DNA of 64,000 nucleotides from Candidatus Thorarchaeota archaeon (GTDB lineage Archaea; Asgardarchaeota; Thorarchaeia; Thorarchaeales; Thorarchaeaceae): NCBI GenBank assembly GCA_963726195.1, contig CAVSBO010000005.1, positions 128,001 to 192,000 of the forward strand, read 5' to 3'. Shown piece by piece: positions 62,129 to 64,000 of this stretch (position 1 is its first letter; each line of letters starts with the position of its first letter). The notes under the pieces were generated by a model. It saw only the letters and a program-made list of their open reading frames with translations, ran no database searches and was not told where the DNA came from. The position numbers and the translations under genes were made by a program.

Positions 62129-62797
62129 ATGCCAACCGATCCAGAACAGCTACTTCAGAAAGCAGTTCAGCTCTTCAGTGCTACAAAGTTCAAAGAAGCC
62201 TTCAAGTCTTCAGAACAAGCGAGGGCTCTGTTCCAGAAAGCAGGCAAGAGAGACAGAGCCATGGAGGCTCTTCGCGTAATGGCCGACAGTGCTCTCAATT
62301 CTAGAGACACATCTCAGGCCGCAAAGCTCTATCAGGACCTCAATAAGGAAGGCACGTCCGCCTCGAGTGGCTTCTACCAATCTGCAGCACAATGGGGTAC
62401 GGGACAGATCGCCCTGCGCAAGATGGATTATGCATCTGCAGCAGGGTCCTTCAAGGTGGGTCTCGACCTATCCAAGAAGACAGGAGACAAGTGGTACGCG
62501 GCATGGAATTCCATGGGTCTTGCCACTGCATATAGAGGGATGGGACGGACAATCGATGCCCGTGGCTTGCTCCAAGGAGCCGCTTCTGACTTTCGTTCGA
62601 TTGGTCAGTCGAACTATGCTGCATGGGCCGAAAAGGCCTTGTCAGAGATTGGTGGAACCGCCGTGCAGCAATCGCCAAGAGACTCGAAACCTTGGTTGTG
62701 CCCCATGTGCGGTTCAAGCTTTCCGCCAGCGCAGGCAGAATCCCTGAAAAAAGGAAGTCTCGTAACCTGCGAATACTGTGGGACATCAGTAGGTTAA
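62129..62797 (+). CDS. TPR-like helical protein with C-terminal Zn ribbon
   Basis: Helical repeats followed by CPMCG...CEYCG. Confidence 0.75.
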   Translation: MPTDPEQLLQKAVQLFSATKFKEAFKSSEQARALFQKAGKRDRAMEALRVMADSALNSRDTSQAAKLYQDLNKEGTSASSGFYQSAAQWGTGQIALRKMDYASAAGSFKVGLDLSKKTGDKWYAAWNSMGLATAYRGMGRTIDARGLLQGAASDFRSIGQSNYAAWAEKALSEIGGTAVQQSPRDSKPWLCPMCGSSFPPAQAESLKKGSLVTCEYCGTSVG

Positions 62798-62941
62798 CTG
62801 TCGATACATGGTTTGGAAATACGGCGACACGAGATTCGCTTACGAAACATAACTGACATTCTCCCTGGTATCAAATCATCTGTAAGGAGAAACGCTTTCA
62901 GGTTCTGTCTACATTTCGTAATCGCGGAGAGGTTGGGTGCA

Positions 62942-63630
62942 GTGGCAATCGATGAATCGCATCGCAATACTGAGTTCCAACAGGAATCGTCCCTGAACAC
63001 AGTGGCAAATTACTTCCTGCACGGATTGCTGTATTCGCTGTTGATGACTATGCTTTTGCAGTCTGTCTGGGCGTTTCTCTTGTTCTCTTGGTGTTGATAG
63101 GGTCGATGCATCGGCATTATGTTAGGGTTTGCATTGTTCCTCATGGGTATGGGGTTGGTGAACAAGGCTATTGCCGTTGATGGATATGGGGTATTCACGC
63201 GAGAAGTGCATGGACGAGCCTTCTAGGACACGGATTCTACCTCTTCCTCGCATTGTTTGTGGTGCAACTGCCGTGGATGTTCGCCGACCTGATTCTTGTG
63301 TACACTGGGACAGAAATCGCATTATCTATGAAGCAGTCCAGTTCCTAGTCATGGCAATTGTAGATGGCCTAATCGGCAAAAAAGTGGCCTCCGTCATTCG
63401 AGGAAAACCGTCATACCATTACTACATTGCCTCGGACACAGCAGAGATTCGCCTCTGCAACCAAAGGCCCTTCATTCTGCCCTGCATGCGGCGCACCCTT
63501 CCCGTATAGGGATACAGACATCGGCCCTGATGGCATGGCCGTCTGTCGTCATTGTGGCGCAGCATTGCATGATCCAAGATACAAACGTGGAGACAGTTCA
63601 GACACAGGGGCAATTCCACCGCGCCCCTAA
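62942..63630 (+). CDS. Membrane protein with C-terminal Zn ribbon, broken by several indels
   Basis: Hydrophobic segments hop between frames (YFLHGLLYSLLM / IGIMLGFALFLMG / WTSLLGHGFYLFLALF / FLVMAIVDGLIGK) and end in CPACG...CRHCG at 63476-63560. Confidence 0.5.
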
Positions 63631-63898
63631 GAAGAGTCGACAGAGTCCCGTGCCATCGATAGCCTTGAAACTGGTTAGCGAAAGCACTTTGTGAATTGGA
63701 GTTGCCCAGGGGCCGTGTGAGAATCAAGGGAGACAATCTCCGCTCCGAGTACCGACATCCTTACATTCTTCACGTCTTTTGATTCGAAAGCTGTAGTAGC
63801 ATGCTGCTGTAGTAAGTCTGGGAAGCAGCTGACGACCTTTGGTTCCAATAGGCCCTTTTGCGGCGCTCGGGCTGCCAAGGACTTCGTTTCAAGAGGCG

Positions 63899-64000
63899 AT
63901 GGTATTGGATAATGACCTGCATTCCTCGGATTTCCTTGTCATTGGCAGTGGAATCTCGGGCTTGCTCTTCTCATTGAAGGTGTCAAAGCGCGGCAGTGTG
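63899..64000 (+). CDS. nadB: L-aspartate oxidase-like flavoprotein, N-terminus (runs off window)
   Basis: MVLDNDLHSSDFLVIGSGISGLLFSLKVSKRGSV: FAD-binding GxGxxG start typical of NadB. Confidence 0.6.
   Translation, partial: MVLDNDLHSSDFLVIGSGISGLLFSLKVSKRGSV

Noticed and set aside
1-64000. Mobile elements, prophage or defence island
   Set aside because: No transposase, integrase, capsid, cas or restriction-modification motifs recognised; the HerA fragment alone is insufficient.

Overview
A gene-dense, all-protein-coding archaeal window, most likely from an Asgard archaeon (Thorarchaeia-like). This taxonomy is an inference from a Rab-like GTPase without a prenylation motif, a form IV RuBisCO-like protein, a tungsten AOR and archaeal-type PyrF/GlmM. 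About 40 CDSs are present; I see no rRNA, tRNA, CRISPR array or mobile element. Main blocks: (1) a bacillithiol biosynthesis cluster (bshC, bshA, divergent bshB); (2) a small coiled-coil protein ending in an Ena/VASP F-actin-binding-like motif, close to the Rab-like GTPase; (3) an RLP divergent from fhs-folD-FTCD; (4) an SCP2/FabK-like/Fe-ADH/AOR cluster; (5) a GNAT, MurL-like PP-loop, Ddl-like ATP-grasp, GNAT cluster convergent on a PLP enzyme; (6) a ~15 kb minus-strand operon encoding an ABC-2 permease, two ABC ATPases, a membrane-anchored subtilase with its catalytic Ser replaced by Ala plus a GIFT-like domain, and a ~2,240-aa single-pass surface protein (FG-GAP-like propeller, long Ca-binding DxDxDG repeat stalk, cytosolic Ig/appendage-like domain). 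At least eight genes are broken by single-base indels, probably assembly errors rather than real pseudogenes. All family calls come from motif recognition by eye; no searches were run.
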